DNA of 64,000 bases from Spirogloea muscicola (taxonomy: Eukaryota). Below, in pieces: positions 1-11,320 of this stretch. The position numbers and the translations under genes are program-made. The stretch lies in the NCBI GenBank assembly GCA_009602725.1, contig WELB01000012.1:492701-556700 (forward strand), given 5' to 3'. Positions within the stretch are counted from its first letter, which is position 1. Every line of letters begins with the position of its first letter. Under the pieces are notes generated by a model, which had not been told where the DNA came from, did no database searches, and saw only the letters and a program-made list of their open reading frames with translations.

Positions 1-232
1 CTCGCTGCGGCCTCCGGCTTTCGTCAGGGGGATAGTTTACCGGCAGCTAGTCTGTCGGATGTGAGGCTCCTCACTCGTAACTACTAAGTGGTCCATCCTC
101 CCCCGTTCTGCCATAGCCTCTTCAGGCCCCGCAGTCGCTGCTTAGCTCGTACTTTGGCCCCTTCGAACCTTGTCAATTCTTTTCGGGCTGGCTTCTCACA
201 GCCCTTGCCCTCATTGGGAGAGCCACTTCTTC
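1..232 (+). mobile_element. 5'-truncated CRE-clade non-LTR retrotransposon 3' end (family A), running off the window start
   Basis: Encodes the C-terminus LAAASGFRQGDSLPAASLSDVRLLTRNY*, homologous to the end of the 42059-45967 ORF. The 3' UTR has the GGGCTGGCTTCTCACAGCCC hairpin and ends GGGAGAGCCACTTCTTC. Near-identical to 4265-4489, 10096-10317 and 26782-27008. Confidence 0.85.
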
Positions 233-1914
233 AAACTAGGAAGGGGCCAAAAGCGCATTCTCAGAAGGGTAGGACAAACCACTCAATAACAACGACTGAG
301 GAGCCACGAATCCGATAGACTAACTGCCGGTGAAGTCCAGCCCAAACAAGGGCCAAAGGGCCAAAAGGTCGAATAAGGATATGTGTCCAGGAGACCGGTG
401 CGCGGCACGAAGCAGCACCTCGGTGCACAATTGCTGGAGACTAGTGCGCGACACGACGCGGCACCTCCTGGGCGGTGCACGCACGGTACGAAGCCGGGGC
501 CTCAGATAGCTCTTAGCTACACGTGCAGTGGAGCAAATTCACCAGTATCGGTTGGTACTCCCAAACGGTCGCTATGTACACGGTCATGTAAGGTCACGGG
601 AACCAATGGCATGCCCAAACGGAGGGAGCGTTACAGAGCATCTGGTCTTAGAGCGGTCCGTCCCCAACTTCTTGAGGATCACGTCGAGGCGATAGTCTAC
701 CCCATCAGAAAGAAAGAGAGTCAGGGGCCATGACTTTGCCAAGAAGCTGCTAAGAAGCTAAGTGATGGAGTGTTTTCACAACATTGCGAAGCTAAAGACT
801 GGTGGGCCATCAGCTGTCGAAATCATCAAGCGACCCATGAATTCAATTCTGAGTGAAGTCAAGTCCTTGCGGAGGACCTCATTTTAGTCTGCTGACTGCA
901 AGAGCCGATGCTTATGATGTTGTTTAGGAAATACAATGCACACTAAGATCCGGACTGAACCACAGCACGCCGCCTATATGTCTGGATGGATCCACAGGCT
1001 CAGTAGTCTTCAAAGCCTCAACCTGGACATCCTTCAGAGCCATAACCTACACTCATCAACGACTCCATCTTCGTGCAGTGGGATACTCTGCTTCCCCAAG
1101 ACATGTGAGAGGCAGCCAACCATGGTGCACTTGCAAGTTGCCAACCGATGTCACTGTGGTCGCATTACCTTGTCAGGATCTCAGCCACAGTGGCTTGATT
1201 ACAGTACACATCATCATCCTGAAGATCCTACAAGCCATTTGATGAGTTCATGCATGTCAAGTGAGTGAGGCAGACACGGTAATGCTTTTCTCCACTTTCC
1301 AACACTCTCAGAAGAAGACTTATTTGACTGCAGTGCTCGGACATACTTTGCCATCTGTAGCAGGACTTCTTTGTTGTTTCGGGGTGGACTTGTCAAATCC
1401 GTCACCCACAACCTCGTAGTGGCCAACTTACTGAGCTCATATTGATAATTGTTGAATTCTCGTGCAAGTATCAGTACATCACTTGCTTCTTTATCCACCC
1501 TTGAATTTACATCGCTGTGCCTGCTGTGGGTTATGAAGCGTCCCTTGCACTTATGCGCCCTTCGGACCTTGTGCGAAGTCAATTACAGATACAATGTCAG
1601 CTCAAGCCTGACACCCCTATGGAATGTCTGGGTAGTGAGAGAAAGTGGTCAAATTTCATGAAGTTTGTTTCATTGATACTGCTGTATTAATAAGCAGGTG
1701 AAAATCATGGTGATATGGTTTGTACAGCCCAAGCTCATTACCAGCAGGTGCCTGGGGTGACGCTAATGAAGGCAAAGCTTATGGTTGGCCAAGGGCAATC
1801 TGAAGCTGATGCTTGCTGCTTGTTGGCCAGGTTAGACTACCAATTGCAAGACTTGACCTCGAGGGCCACAACACAGCCCTGGACTTGCGCAGCTGACAGG
1901 CCACTCTCATACAA

Positions 1915-3544
1915 CTACCCCAGGGCGAAGGTAAACTCGCCCTCACAGACCACTTGGCCGCCAACATAGGCTTTGCCCTGCATTTTGCAGATGCCAAACC
2001 GCTTTTGCAGCTTCACCAGTGTCATGCGCATGACCAATGTGTCTCCTGCAACGACCGGTCTTCGGAAGCGGACGCCGTCGACACCAGCAAAGAAGAAGGA
2101 GGACTTGGAACCGCCCACCTCGGGTTGAAGCATGACAATGCCACCAACTTGGGCCATGGCCTGCATCCAGGGCATTGGCCATCAGAAATGATTTCCTATC
2201 GGTTACCGAAAGGAAGCCGTTGGGAAGCCCTGGCAGAGCTGGACTCACTCAAGCTTACTCACCAGATGCATCTCTAGGCACTATTCAGAGATGCAGTCCA
2301 TCAGCTTTCTCACTTTTGCACTCAATCATAAACCAACGAGTCGAATCTGATAATGTCATGGGCAATCGCAAGGTCTCCAACTTGTTTTCACGTACCTCAA
2401 CCTGCAAAACGCCGGGCATGATGGGCCGTTCAGGAAAGTGACCAGGGAAGAAGTTGTCATTGATGGTCACGTTCTTGATGGCAACTGCTGATTTTCCAGG
2501 CTCATACTCAACCACCCGGTCAACCAGTAAGAAAGGGAATCTGCAAAATGATAGCAATGCAGCTAAGTCAATTGTATGTAGATAAAGGGTTGCTTAAGCT
2601 CTTACAATGCAAGTAGCGAGTCGATAGATTGTTGTGAAGCGACTGCAAGCTATATAGAGACCTCCTAACGACTGCATGCTCTGCAGAGAGCTTAGCTGAT
2701 TGCCATACTCTATTGACAACGACAACTTGTCTCTGTTGATAACCATGCTCCATCAATGACGTGGACCTGGTCAGTCAGACGAGGGAGTGTCCTGATGCAG
2801 ACTCGGGATGCACCAGCTGGCTGACAACGCAAAGTCTGCCAGGGATGGGACCCGTGATGTGAAACGACACGTGGGGGTTCTGGGCGTGACCTACTCGAGT
2901 CTGAAGAAAGGGGGATCACCTGTGGGGAAGAATTTCCATGATCTGGTTGACGTCCAACACGGTCGGGTAGGCTGGAAATCCTGGTCGCTCCAGGCACGGC
3001 ATCACACGAGTCAGCCGGTCTCGAGCGCACGGACAAGGAATGCAGCTGGACCCTGCTATCCCCTGGCTGCCCGTGGCGACAAGGAGACGGAGCAGGTGCG
3101 AGCTGAAGAGCCCAAGGCCGCAAGCCGGGCGGGCTGAACGTCACGGCCGTCGGGCTAATGGTAGCGCTGAGATCCTTGCAAAGCTCGCCAGCGGCCCGCC
3201 TTCAGCAGGCGCCGGAATGGCAATAGCGGGCCTGCCTGGCAGGCAGGACAGCGCAATCACTCACTCGTCTCAATGGGATCCGCGGCAGCCTCGGTCGCCG
3301 CCGGCACCGTCGCCGGCGGCGGCGACGGCGCCGAAGCGGACGGCGCGGCCGTCGCCGCCTTGGCGTCCTCCAAGCCCACTGCGCCATCGGTGGCGCCGGC
3401 CCTGACCGCCGCCGGCGCCGGCAGCCGCCGCGATGGGCGGCAGTGCGCCACCGTCGGCGCTGACGGCCCCGTTTGGAGACGCCGGAGCTCTTGTGTGATC
3501 TGCCCCCGGGCCGCCGCTGGCGGCGCCGCCGCGGCCGCCGCCAT
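1915..3544 (-). CDS. fabZ: 3-hydroxyacyl-ACP dehydratase (plastid FAS II), 4 exons
   Basis: Exons 3544-3265, 2980-2920, 2540-2396 and 2160-1915 join in frame via GT-AG. Ala-rich transit peptide, then [25 protein letters not shown]...[26 protein letters not shown]...[11 protein letters not shown]. Confidence 0.95.
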
Positions 3545-3977
3545 TTGCGCCGGGCCGGGCGGCGACGGCGACGGCAGGAGAGAAGGGAACGGTAGGCACA
3601 AGAGACGGGACGTGCTGGGAAGGCGGTGTCCCATTGCGGGGCGCTTAGCGGCGGTTCTGGCGCGCCTCCACATCTGGAGCAACGCGACCCTTGGAGGACG
3701 GGGGCATCGGACGGAAGTGAAGGCAAGGCTCCAGACGGCGGCGCACAATGGCGGGAGGAGCTTCGCCATATAGGCGACGCCGCCAGACTGGCGGCGCCCG
3801 GGTGGCTCACAGAGGGGACGAGAGAGGGGGGGCTAGTGCGATGCCACGTGTCAGCTCCACGTCGGTGGCGGCAGGGCGACAGCTGCGTCCGACGGAACGT
3901 TTCTGCGAGGCCGTTCTCGCGACGAAAGCACAGGGAGCCTCCGTTCGTCTCTTTCACACTAAAGCCATTGCCTTACA

Positions 3978-4525
3978 CAAAGAAGAAGTGGCTCTCCCAA
4001 TGGGGGCTAGGGCTGTGACACAAGAAGAAATTGGCTCTGGAAAACGTGGCTCTCCGGGGGGCAAGGGCTGTCCGAAGCAAGCCCGAACGAAGAAATGACA
4101 AAAGCTGGAAGAGCTCTCTGGAAGAGCTGGAAGAAGGAAGTGCTCGCCCATAGAGCAGAGGGGCTGGCAAAGCCAGCCCAGAAAGGAATGGAAGAGAAGC
4201 AAGCGCGGCCAGATTGACTGGTTGCTGGGAGAGGCCAGCCCAAAGGAATGGACAAGGTCTGAAGAAGTGGCTCTCCCAATGGGGGCAAGGGCTGTGAGAA
4301 GCCAGCCCGAAAAGAATTGACAAGGTTCGAAGGGGCCAAACTACGAGCTAAGCAGCGACTGCGGGGCCTGAAGAGGCTATGGCAGAACGGGGGAGGATGG
4401 ACCGCTTAGTAGTTACGAGTGAGGAGCCTCACATCCGACAGACTAGCTGCCGGTAAACTATCCCCCTGACGAAAACCGGAGGCCGCAGCGTCTGAAGGAG
4501 CCGGAGAGCTAAGGACTGAGACAGG
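3978..4525 (-). mobile_element. Stack of nested CRE-like 3' ends between fabZ and folB
   Basis: Several GAAGAAGTGGCTCTCCC / GAAGTGCTCGCCC termini. A family A copy (4265-4489) sits inside a family D 3' UTR with TSD GTCTGAAG (4257-4264 and 4490-4497). Confidence 0.85.
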
Positions 4526-4645
4526 GAAGGAGAGCTGTTGTTGCCCTTCTTCTGTTGTTTCATTGCCTTACATCGACTGAACATGCTTCTCGTCATTCTG
4601 GACGAGCTTCTGTCAGGGCCTCCAGCGGTGCTCCCGCGCAGCTCG

Positions 4646-5608
4646 ATGCTGCCGCGGCGCCGGCAGGCGCTGGCGGCTGCGGCGGCGGCGGCGGCCAGGC
4701 TCGCTCGAAGCGGCACCGAGGCCGCCGTGCCGCGGGCGCCGCACTCGGGTGGCGCCCCGGTAGCCTCCCGCGGCCTGGCAGCGGCAGGCAAGGCCTTCAC
4801 GGGGCGGTCGCCTGGGTGAGCCTGGCCCGCCGACTGTGCGCCAGAAATCGTGGCCTGGTTCTCGTCGCGTTCGCCGTGCTCTCCGTCTCCCTGCCCACCA
4901 CGCAGTGACACTGCATGGTGCACCACTGCACGTGCCCGTCTTCCTGCTACCCAAAGGCTCCAACTGGGCGTGCAGCAGGCAGTCCAGTGAGGACCGCCTC
5001 ATCCTGCGAGGCCTTGCGTTCCACGGCTTCCACGGCGTGCTGGCGGAGGAGCGCCGGCTGGGCCAGAAGTTCCTGGTTGACGTCGACGCCTACCTGGACC
5101 TTCGCCCGGCGGGGGCCAGCGACGATCTCGAGGACAGCGTCAGCTATGCGGAGCTCTACACGGGCGCAGCAACGCGGATCACCTCTAAATCCATACCCCA
5201 TGGCCGGCCAACAGCCCGCTAGCAGCTGTGCATATACGTTCTGTCCATGTCCTGCCAATGACTGCATGTCCAAGGGCAACAATTATGCAGGTCCTGAACA
5301 GGTCTTGGTGGCACCTATCATCCAGCCAAACGAGTGGACCATCCTCCATTGTGATGATGAATACTGCTCCGTCAAATTCATGTGCAAGATTGACAAAGGT
5401 GCATGTAGCTCCGTGCAGGCAAATCAAGGGCGTTGTGGAAGGCAAGCCACGCCTGCTCCTGGAGTCCGTTGCAGAGTCCATTGCTTCTACCATACTCAGA
5501 GGAGACAGTCGTATCTCGTCGTTGCGGGTCCGTGTTGTCAAGCCTCATGTGGCGGTGCAGGGCGTTGTTGACAGCCTAGGTGTAGAGATTGTTCGCCATT
5601 CTTCTTAA
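4646..5608 (+). CDS. folB: Dihydroneopterin aldolase, 3 exons, with N-terminal extension
   Basis: Exons ~4646-4815, 4976/4979-5161 and 5419-5608. Motifs DRLILRGLAFHGFHGVLAEERRLGQKFLVDV, SVSYAELY, LLESVAESIA and VVKPHV. The second donor reads GG rather than GT; start codon uncertain. Confidence 0.9.
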
Positions 5609-6549
5609 GTTGCAAGTATACCCTGCTCAAGCAAGGCGTGCCGCAATCCTAGCTCTAGCTCAAAAGTTGGGCTGAGCCCGACAAGAAGCTCAATGTCAGG
5701 GCTCTTCATCCAGCACATGGACGTCATTCATGTTTTCCGTAAGCTTCTTGCTTGTGCGAGTGACCAGCATTCACTACTCATGAAGTCAATCGCCATCAAG
5801 GCGGAGGACCGAGGTCCTGTGAGGCCTTGCATCAAACCTGCTGATTGCAGAAGACAACCTTGCACGCAGTGGCCTGTACGGCCAAGCCATCCATCCTTAA
5901 GCCTTCAACTCAATTGTGCTCCATAATTTCTCTGAGTCCTCCCAGACTTGTGTCTGAATTAGTTGCAACAATTCACCAGCAGCCAATCTCACAGACGTAA
6001 TTGACCGACTCTTCATGAGGGTGTGGTTGACAACATCTCATCCATCTCCTGAATGGCTGTTCACGTACATTGCTGGAACCTCCGAACAAGCCTATATCAA
6101 GCATTCCTAAGCGCGAATGGAAGGCTGTAGCTTCAAGATACAAAGGCCACGATGGTTTTAGAATTTCCACGCACTGGCCTCCTCCTGCTTGACAGCTTGT
6201 GATACATCAATCTGCACATTCGGAATGACCTGGATACGACAGCCATCCTTACCTTCTAGTCAATTGACAGATAGAGACAGATAGACACCTAGTTTGCTGT
6301 AATAAGAGAAATGGGCAGGGGAGGACTGAGGCGAAGGTGTTACTTTGCAGACCATGGAAGCAGCATTGACACAGCAAAACTAGTATCCCAAGCTAATGAG
6401 GCAACTTGGCCGATAGGCGAGGGCTCGGGCCTTAGGGGCTTACCAACATTGCTGAAGCGCAGCTCCGCCGTTGTTATTGAGGTGAGAGGGCAGGGCAATG
6501 CCACATGCTGCAGTGGAGGTGGCCACCTCCTCTGTTGACACCTTCGATG

Positions 6550-7584
6550 TCAGCTCCCAAGCGACTTCTGCGTGTCAAAGCCAAGGTCCCAGAACCCCTC
6601 GGGTGTGGCTGGCGGGGCGTAGTGGAATCGGTGTCGCGAAGTGGCCTGGTGGTGCTCGCAGCGCGGCTGCATGATGCCGTTGACGTCTTCAGCCAGCACG
6701 GCATCAAAAAACGCACGGCACGAGCGGCAGTCTCCTCCCGTCAGCGCCTCGCGGTCTGCCTTCCGTCTGACGACGTCTACAAACTTGTAAGCGGGAGCCA
6801 CTGCAGCTGCGGCTGGGGTTGCTGGCGCGTGGTCAGTCGTCGCCAACGCCGGCACGGGAGCGAGCTTCGGCGTGGGGCGCTGCGACGCTGGCAGCATGCG
6901 AGCCTCCGCCGAGGCCGGCAGCCGCGCAGGATCCCGCAGGACGACGGCCACGGGCCGATTCCTGGGGCCTGCTCCGCCACCACCTCGATCGCGCTCAGCG
7001 GACGTCGATTGAACGAGGTCAGCGCGGGGAGACCTGTCTTCTGGGTCCTGAGCGGCCCGTTGCACCGGCAGGCCCTTCGTGGCCGCGGCTTTTCTGGCCA
7101 ACGGCGGCGGCTGCGGCAGAGGCGGCTCGCTGGCGCACGGCGGAACCTGTAGTGCAAAGGACGCTGGCGTTGGGTGGGCCTCCGGCGAGGTCGGCAGCAA
7201 CGTGAGATTCTCCGCGATGACGGCCATGGGTCGGTCCCCGGGTTCCATCCCATCATGGTTTCCATCGCGCCCGGTGGACGTTGGTCGGTCGACAGCAGCG
7301 CCGCGTGGCCTGTCGTTCAGGTCCTGAGCGGCTCCATACGTAGCAGGATTTCTCGCCGGCCCGGCGTCCATGGCCGGCAGTGGTGGCGGCGGCGGCAGCG
7401 GCAGCCGTGGCTTGCCAGCGCGCGGCGGCGCCTCGTGGCGGGGCCGCGGGCNCCGCGGCGGGGGGCACGGATCCAAGGCCGGCTTTTCCGCCGCCGCCGC
7501 CGTCGCCGCCGCCGCCGCCGCCGGCCATGGCGGCGGGGTCCGCGGGCGCCGCCATGACCAGGCGGCCGAGGTCCCCGAGAGCAC
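6550..7584 (-). CDS. COM1: SAE2/CtIP/COM1 (plant GR1-like) DNA end-resection protein, 5' end uncertain
   Basis: C-terminus YKFVDVVRRKADREALTGGDCRSCRAFFDAV...CEHHQATSRHRFHYAPPATPEGFWDLGF carries the CxxC and RHR motifs of the SAE2 domain. In-frame ATG at 7371; an n at 7452 lies upstream. Confidence 0.88.
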   Translation of the reverse strand: MLSGTSAAWSWRRPRTPPPWPAAAAAATAAAAEKPALDPCPPPRXPRPRHEAPPRAGKPRLPLPPPPPLPAMDAGPARNPATYGAAQDLNDRPRGAAVDRPTSTGRDGNHDGMEPGDRPMAVIAENLTLLPTSPEAHPTPASFALQVPPCASEPPLPQPPPLARKAAATKGLPVQRAAQDPEDRSPRADLVQSTSAERDRGGGGAGPRNRPVAVVLRDPARLPASAEARMLPASQRPTPKLAPVPALATTDHAPATPAAAAVAPAYKFVDVVRRKADREALTGGDCRSCRAFFDAVLAEDVNGIMQPRCEHHQATSRHRFHYAPPATPEGFWDLGFDTQKSLGS

Positions 7585-7848
7585 AGCAGCCGGTTCCCGT
7601 CCCCCCCCCCCGGGTTTGCGCCGGGTTGGCGGGAAGGACCGCCGCCGCCGGCCCCGGCCGTCTCGTGGCTTCGTTAGGACGAACGGCTTGCCCGTTTGGG
7701 ACTGCGACGCCGGGCCCTACCTACGCGGCGATTCATAATTGCCGCACTGCTATGCAATCTGAAAGTAGAAGAAGAAAGAGAGACGAAAGTCCTCTAGGAG
7801 GCAACAAACAGGCAACATTTAACTCTTCTAGAGTGAGGCGATGGCTGT

Positions 7849-8232
7849 AAGAAGAAGTGGCACTCCCTATGGGGGCAAGGGCTGTGAAAAGCCAGCCCGG
7901 AAAAGAATTGACAGAGGTTCGAAGGGGCCAAATGATGGAGGGGCCTAAAAAGCGCTGAGCAGCTACTACGGGGCCTGAAGATGCAATGTCTGAACGGGGG
8001 AGGATGGACCACTCAGTAGTTACGAGAGAGGAGCCTCAAATCCGACAGACTAGCTGCCGGAAAATTATCCTCCTGACGAAAGCCGGAGGCCGCAGCGAGA
8101 GCACGGCCAGCACGCAGATGCAAGGCGTGGGCCATGGAGCGCTGAAGGGAGATGGACAATCGCAGACGGTATACCTGAGCCCACGAGCCAGCGGCGTTGA
8201 AGTCAGCCGGCTCACCGCGCCTGCGGGACACA
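7849..8232 (-). mobile_element. 5'-truncated CRE-like copy (family A)
   Basis: Encodes RRRGEPADFNAAGSWAQVYRLRLSISLQRSMAHALHLRAGRALAAASG...LLSRNY*, followed by the family A 3' UTR and a TTCTTC tail. Confidence 0.85.
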
Positions 8233-9154
8233 GAAGGTATGAATAAGGGACAGGAAGGAGGGAGGGGGATATAGTCCGTTGCGTCGATAAGCCAGCTGTC
8301 CTGCCACAGGGCATCGACTGCCATATGACGTCGAGAAGTCAGATCAGTACGGATGCAGCAAAGCAGCTGCACTCGTTGGCCATGACGAGGATGCCGACGA
8401 AGCTCTGAGAGGCCACGTGTAAGCACCAGTAGGCTTGCTGGTGGGGAACCTGCATTCATGCTCGTAGCTCCATCCCAATTGGCTCTTCTATTGACAAATC
8501 TGACCTTTAAACGTACCTCCTTGGCTCCTCACTCCTTCAATGGCCACACTCAGATATGGGAATCCTGTTCGTGAGCCTTACATAGTACCACCTTCGTGAC
8601 AGGTACCTGGTGCATGCCCAAAATAGAGACTGGAGTTCAATTAACAGCTTACACTTATGCTGGCGAGTTGCCAAGTTGTGCATTCATTACAACAGCAATG
8701 ATGTGGTGAGGTCTCTTGGTAGAGCTTTGTACAACGTGACAACAATGGCAAGATGCAAAAGAAGCAACGCAACAATACAGCAGATCAGACACACAAAATT
8801 TATCTCACAGGTACACACGTCAAGGCTTTCCTAACGTCCAAGGTTAGGCTCGAGTGCAGTCCACACAAGGTCGCGGTATTCGCGGCTTACCAAGTGCGGG
8901 CCGGTCTGACGCGACCGGATGCGGGGCTCCTCGGGGTTAGGCTCTCTGCGGAGGTTGTGTCCTGTGCCTGTGCCCACGCCTTCTCGGCGTGGCCCTGGAC
9001 GCGCGCGCTACGCTTACTGGGCAGCAGCAACAGCGACGGCGGCAGCAGCGGTAGCGGCGGCGGCAAAGGTTGGCAACAGCCATAAGGAGAGACTGGACCG
9101 GGCGAACTACTCGGCCCCGGCCCTTCACACCCTTTATGCTTGGTCAGATAAAAC

Positions 9155-9330
9155 CCAGTCTCTCTGACCTGAGGCTGCTAAGCAGGGGTTACTGAGTGCT
9201 TCGTAGCTGCTTCGTTTCTTTTATGTGCTTGTAGTTCTTAGTGCTTCCCCTGGCCCCTTCTCGTCCTTCGTTCATTCTTTTTTGGGCTGGCTTTTTCCAG
9301 CCCCTATCCTCAATGGGCGGGCCCTTCTTC
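9155..9330 (+). mobile_element. 5'-truncated CRE-like copy (family B) with TSD
   Basis: PSLSDLRLLSRGY*, with a 3' UTR ending GGGCGGGCCCTTCTTC. Flanking direct repeat GATAAAAC at 9147-9154 and 9331-9338. Confidence 0.8.
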
Positions 9331-9864
9331 GATAAAACAAAGCGCGGCCAGATTGCCTGGTGGCTGGGGAAGGCCAGCCCAAAGGAATGGACAGATAAAG
9401 AATGACATTGTTTGTTGGGGTCGGCCATTTGGCCCATTTGGGTTCCCCGGCCTCAAGGCCAGGCTTCTAGAAGCAAGCGCGGCCAGATTAACTGGTGGCT
9501 GGGAGAGGCCAGCCCAAAGGAATGGACAAGGTCCGAAGGAGCCGGAGTGCTAAGGACTGAGACAGCAGCAAGCCTCAGTAACCTCTACTACTCAGTAGAT
9601 GCAAATCTGAATAGCTAGCAGGCGGAAAGACGTCGCCCTGACGGAAGCCGGAGGCCGCCGCCAGAGCGCGGCCTGTGTGCAAGTGGACCGCGAAAGCTAG
9701 GGACGGCTGCAAAGAGACGGCCAGGCGCATCCGGAAGACTTGGGCGAGGGACCCGGCGACGTTGAAGCCAGGCTGCTAGCCCTGCTGCCTGTGGCGGCGG
9801 GCCGCTGCTCGCCGCGCAAGGTGGTGAAGCAGGTCAAGCCATTTGGCGCCAAAGGCGCCGTGTA

Positions 9865-10622
9865 TGTAATGAACCAGCCACACATGGCTCTGTTGGCATT
9901 ACATGACCGGCTATTTGGGACAAGTGGGCCCGCCAGGTGGCGGGCTGGCTGGCCGGGCAAGTGGCCCGCCCGTCCAGAAATACCCTCGCTAGGATCCGCC
10001 CGTTCAAGGGAGGATCTTGTGCCCGCCCGCAAGGGCAGGCCTTGGGGCGACCAGCTCACACCCCCTGGAGGGGGGGGGGCACGGGGAAGCACGAAGAAGT
10101 GGCTCTCCCAATGGGGGCAAGGGCTGTGAGAAGCCAGCCCGAAAAGAATTGACAAGGTTCGAAGGGGCCAAACTACGAGCTAAGCAGCGACTGCGGGGCC
10201 TGAAGAGGCTATGGCAGAACGGGGGAGGATGGACCACTTTAGTAGTTACGAGTGAGGAGCCTCACATCCGACAGACTAGCTGCCGGTAAACTATCCCCCT
10301 GACGAAAGCCGGAGGCCGCACGGGGAAGCACGAATAGCTTTGGAGGCCAAGGTTCGGGGGAGTTCGAGCCGGTGAAGGCCAGGAGCAGCCTTGCCGCTGC
10401 TCGCCACTGCAGCCGCCGCCGCACCTCGCTGCGGGGCCTGCTGCGCCGGCCTGCGCCCAGGAGGTGGAGTCGCCGCCGGACGGCGGCGCCACGGGGCCTG
10501 TCTTCCGCTGCGCCTATGCGCTAGTGCTTTGCCTGTGTAGTGGGTTGGTCCCTAAACCCCTACAGCCGAACTCAAGAAGGACTGCTCACCCTAACTGCGT
10601 GTGTAGGGCGAGGTTCCTTACA
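9865..10622. mobile_element. Solo LTR of an LTR retrotransposon (~520 bp after removing a nested insert)
   Basis: Begins TGTAATGAAC and ends GTTCCTTACA (TG...CA ends, 9/10 inverted match). Perfect 5-bp TSD GTGTA at 9860-9864 and 10623-10627. Removing it restores the host CRE reading VDVHGAFG. Confidence 0.8.
10096..10317 (-). mobile_element. Family A CRE 3' end inserted in the solo LTR
   Basis: TSD GCACGGGGAAGCACGAA at 10079-10095 and 10318-10334 (about 3 bp overlap with element sequence). Confidence 0.9.
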
Positions 10623-10980
10623 GTGTACGTCGACGGCGAGTGGGACAAACGCGTCGCCCACCGGGTGATCCGAAGTATTTGCCAGCCTTGGCGCCTGCCG
10701 CTTGGCAGACTGTGTAGCCCGCCTCCTCCGCCGAGCGTGTAGTAGCGCTCCTGGAATCGAAGGAGTCAGTTGTGATGACGTCGGTGAGGAGCCGAGGCCC
10801 CCCGCCGAGCGCGCTAGCGACGAGATCGGCGCGCCGGGTGTGGAGGCGGCCATCCTCCCCAACGGTAGGAGGCATGATGCTGGTGCTCTCCATCGCCACA
10901 GTGTAACCGGCCTCCACGAATATGCCAAACATTGCATTGCGGAGCAAGTCGTGGGTGCCGGTCCGCTCCCCTCCCTGCGC

Positions 10981-11320
10981 TCGGTGGCTCGAGCTGCTCA
11001 ACCAGCTCTCACGTCACGCGATTGTCCGCCGCTTCCATGGGGAGCCGGTGGACTCCCATTCAGCAGGGTCGCTAGCGCAGGTGTACCGCATGCGCTTGGC
11101 CGTCTCGCTGTAGAGGTCTATGGCCCGCGCGCTGCACCTGCGTGCAGGCAGAGCCCTCGCTGCTGCCTCTGGCTCTGGCCAGGGGACCCGCTTCCAGGAA
11201 CCCAGTCTCTCTGACCTGAGGCTGCTTAGCAGGGGTTCCTGAGTGCTTCGTAGCTGCTTCGTTTCTTTGTAGTGTAGTCTTTTTCCGGCTCCTCTTTCTT
11301 TGGCTTTGGACATTGTCCAT
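10981..11320 (+). mobile_element. CRE 3' fragment (family B-like) inserted antisense into the family D copy
   Basis: RWLELLNQLSRHAIVRRFHGEPVD...LLSRGS*. Flanked by an imperfect CCCTGYGC repeat (10973-10980 and 11321-11328). Confidence 0.8.

Noticed and set aside
760..1600. Minus-strand ORF 1214-1582 and nearby exon-like pieces
   Set aside because: No recognisable family and no consistent gene model could be built by eye.
10299..10310. CTGACGAAAG as a hammerhead ribozyme core
   Set aside because: It is the antisense of the GFRQG codons, with no room for stem II between CUGANGA and GAAA.
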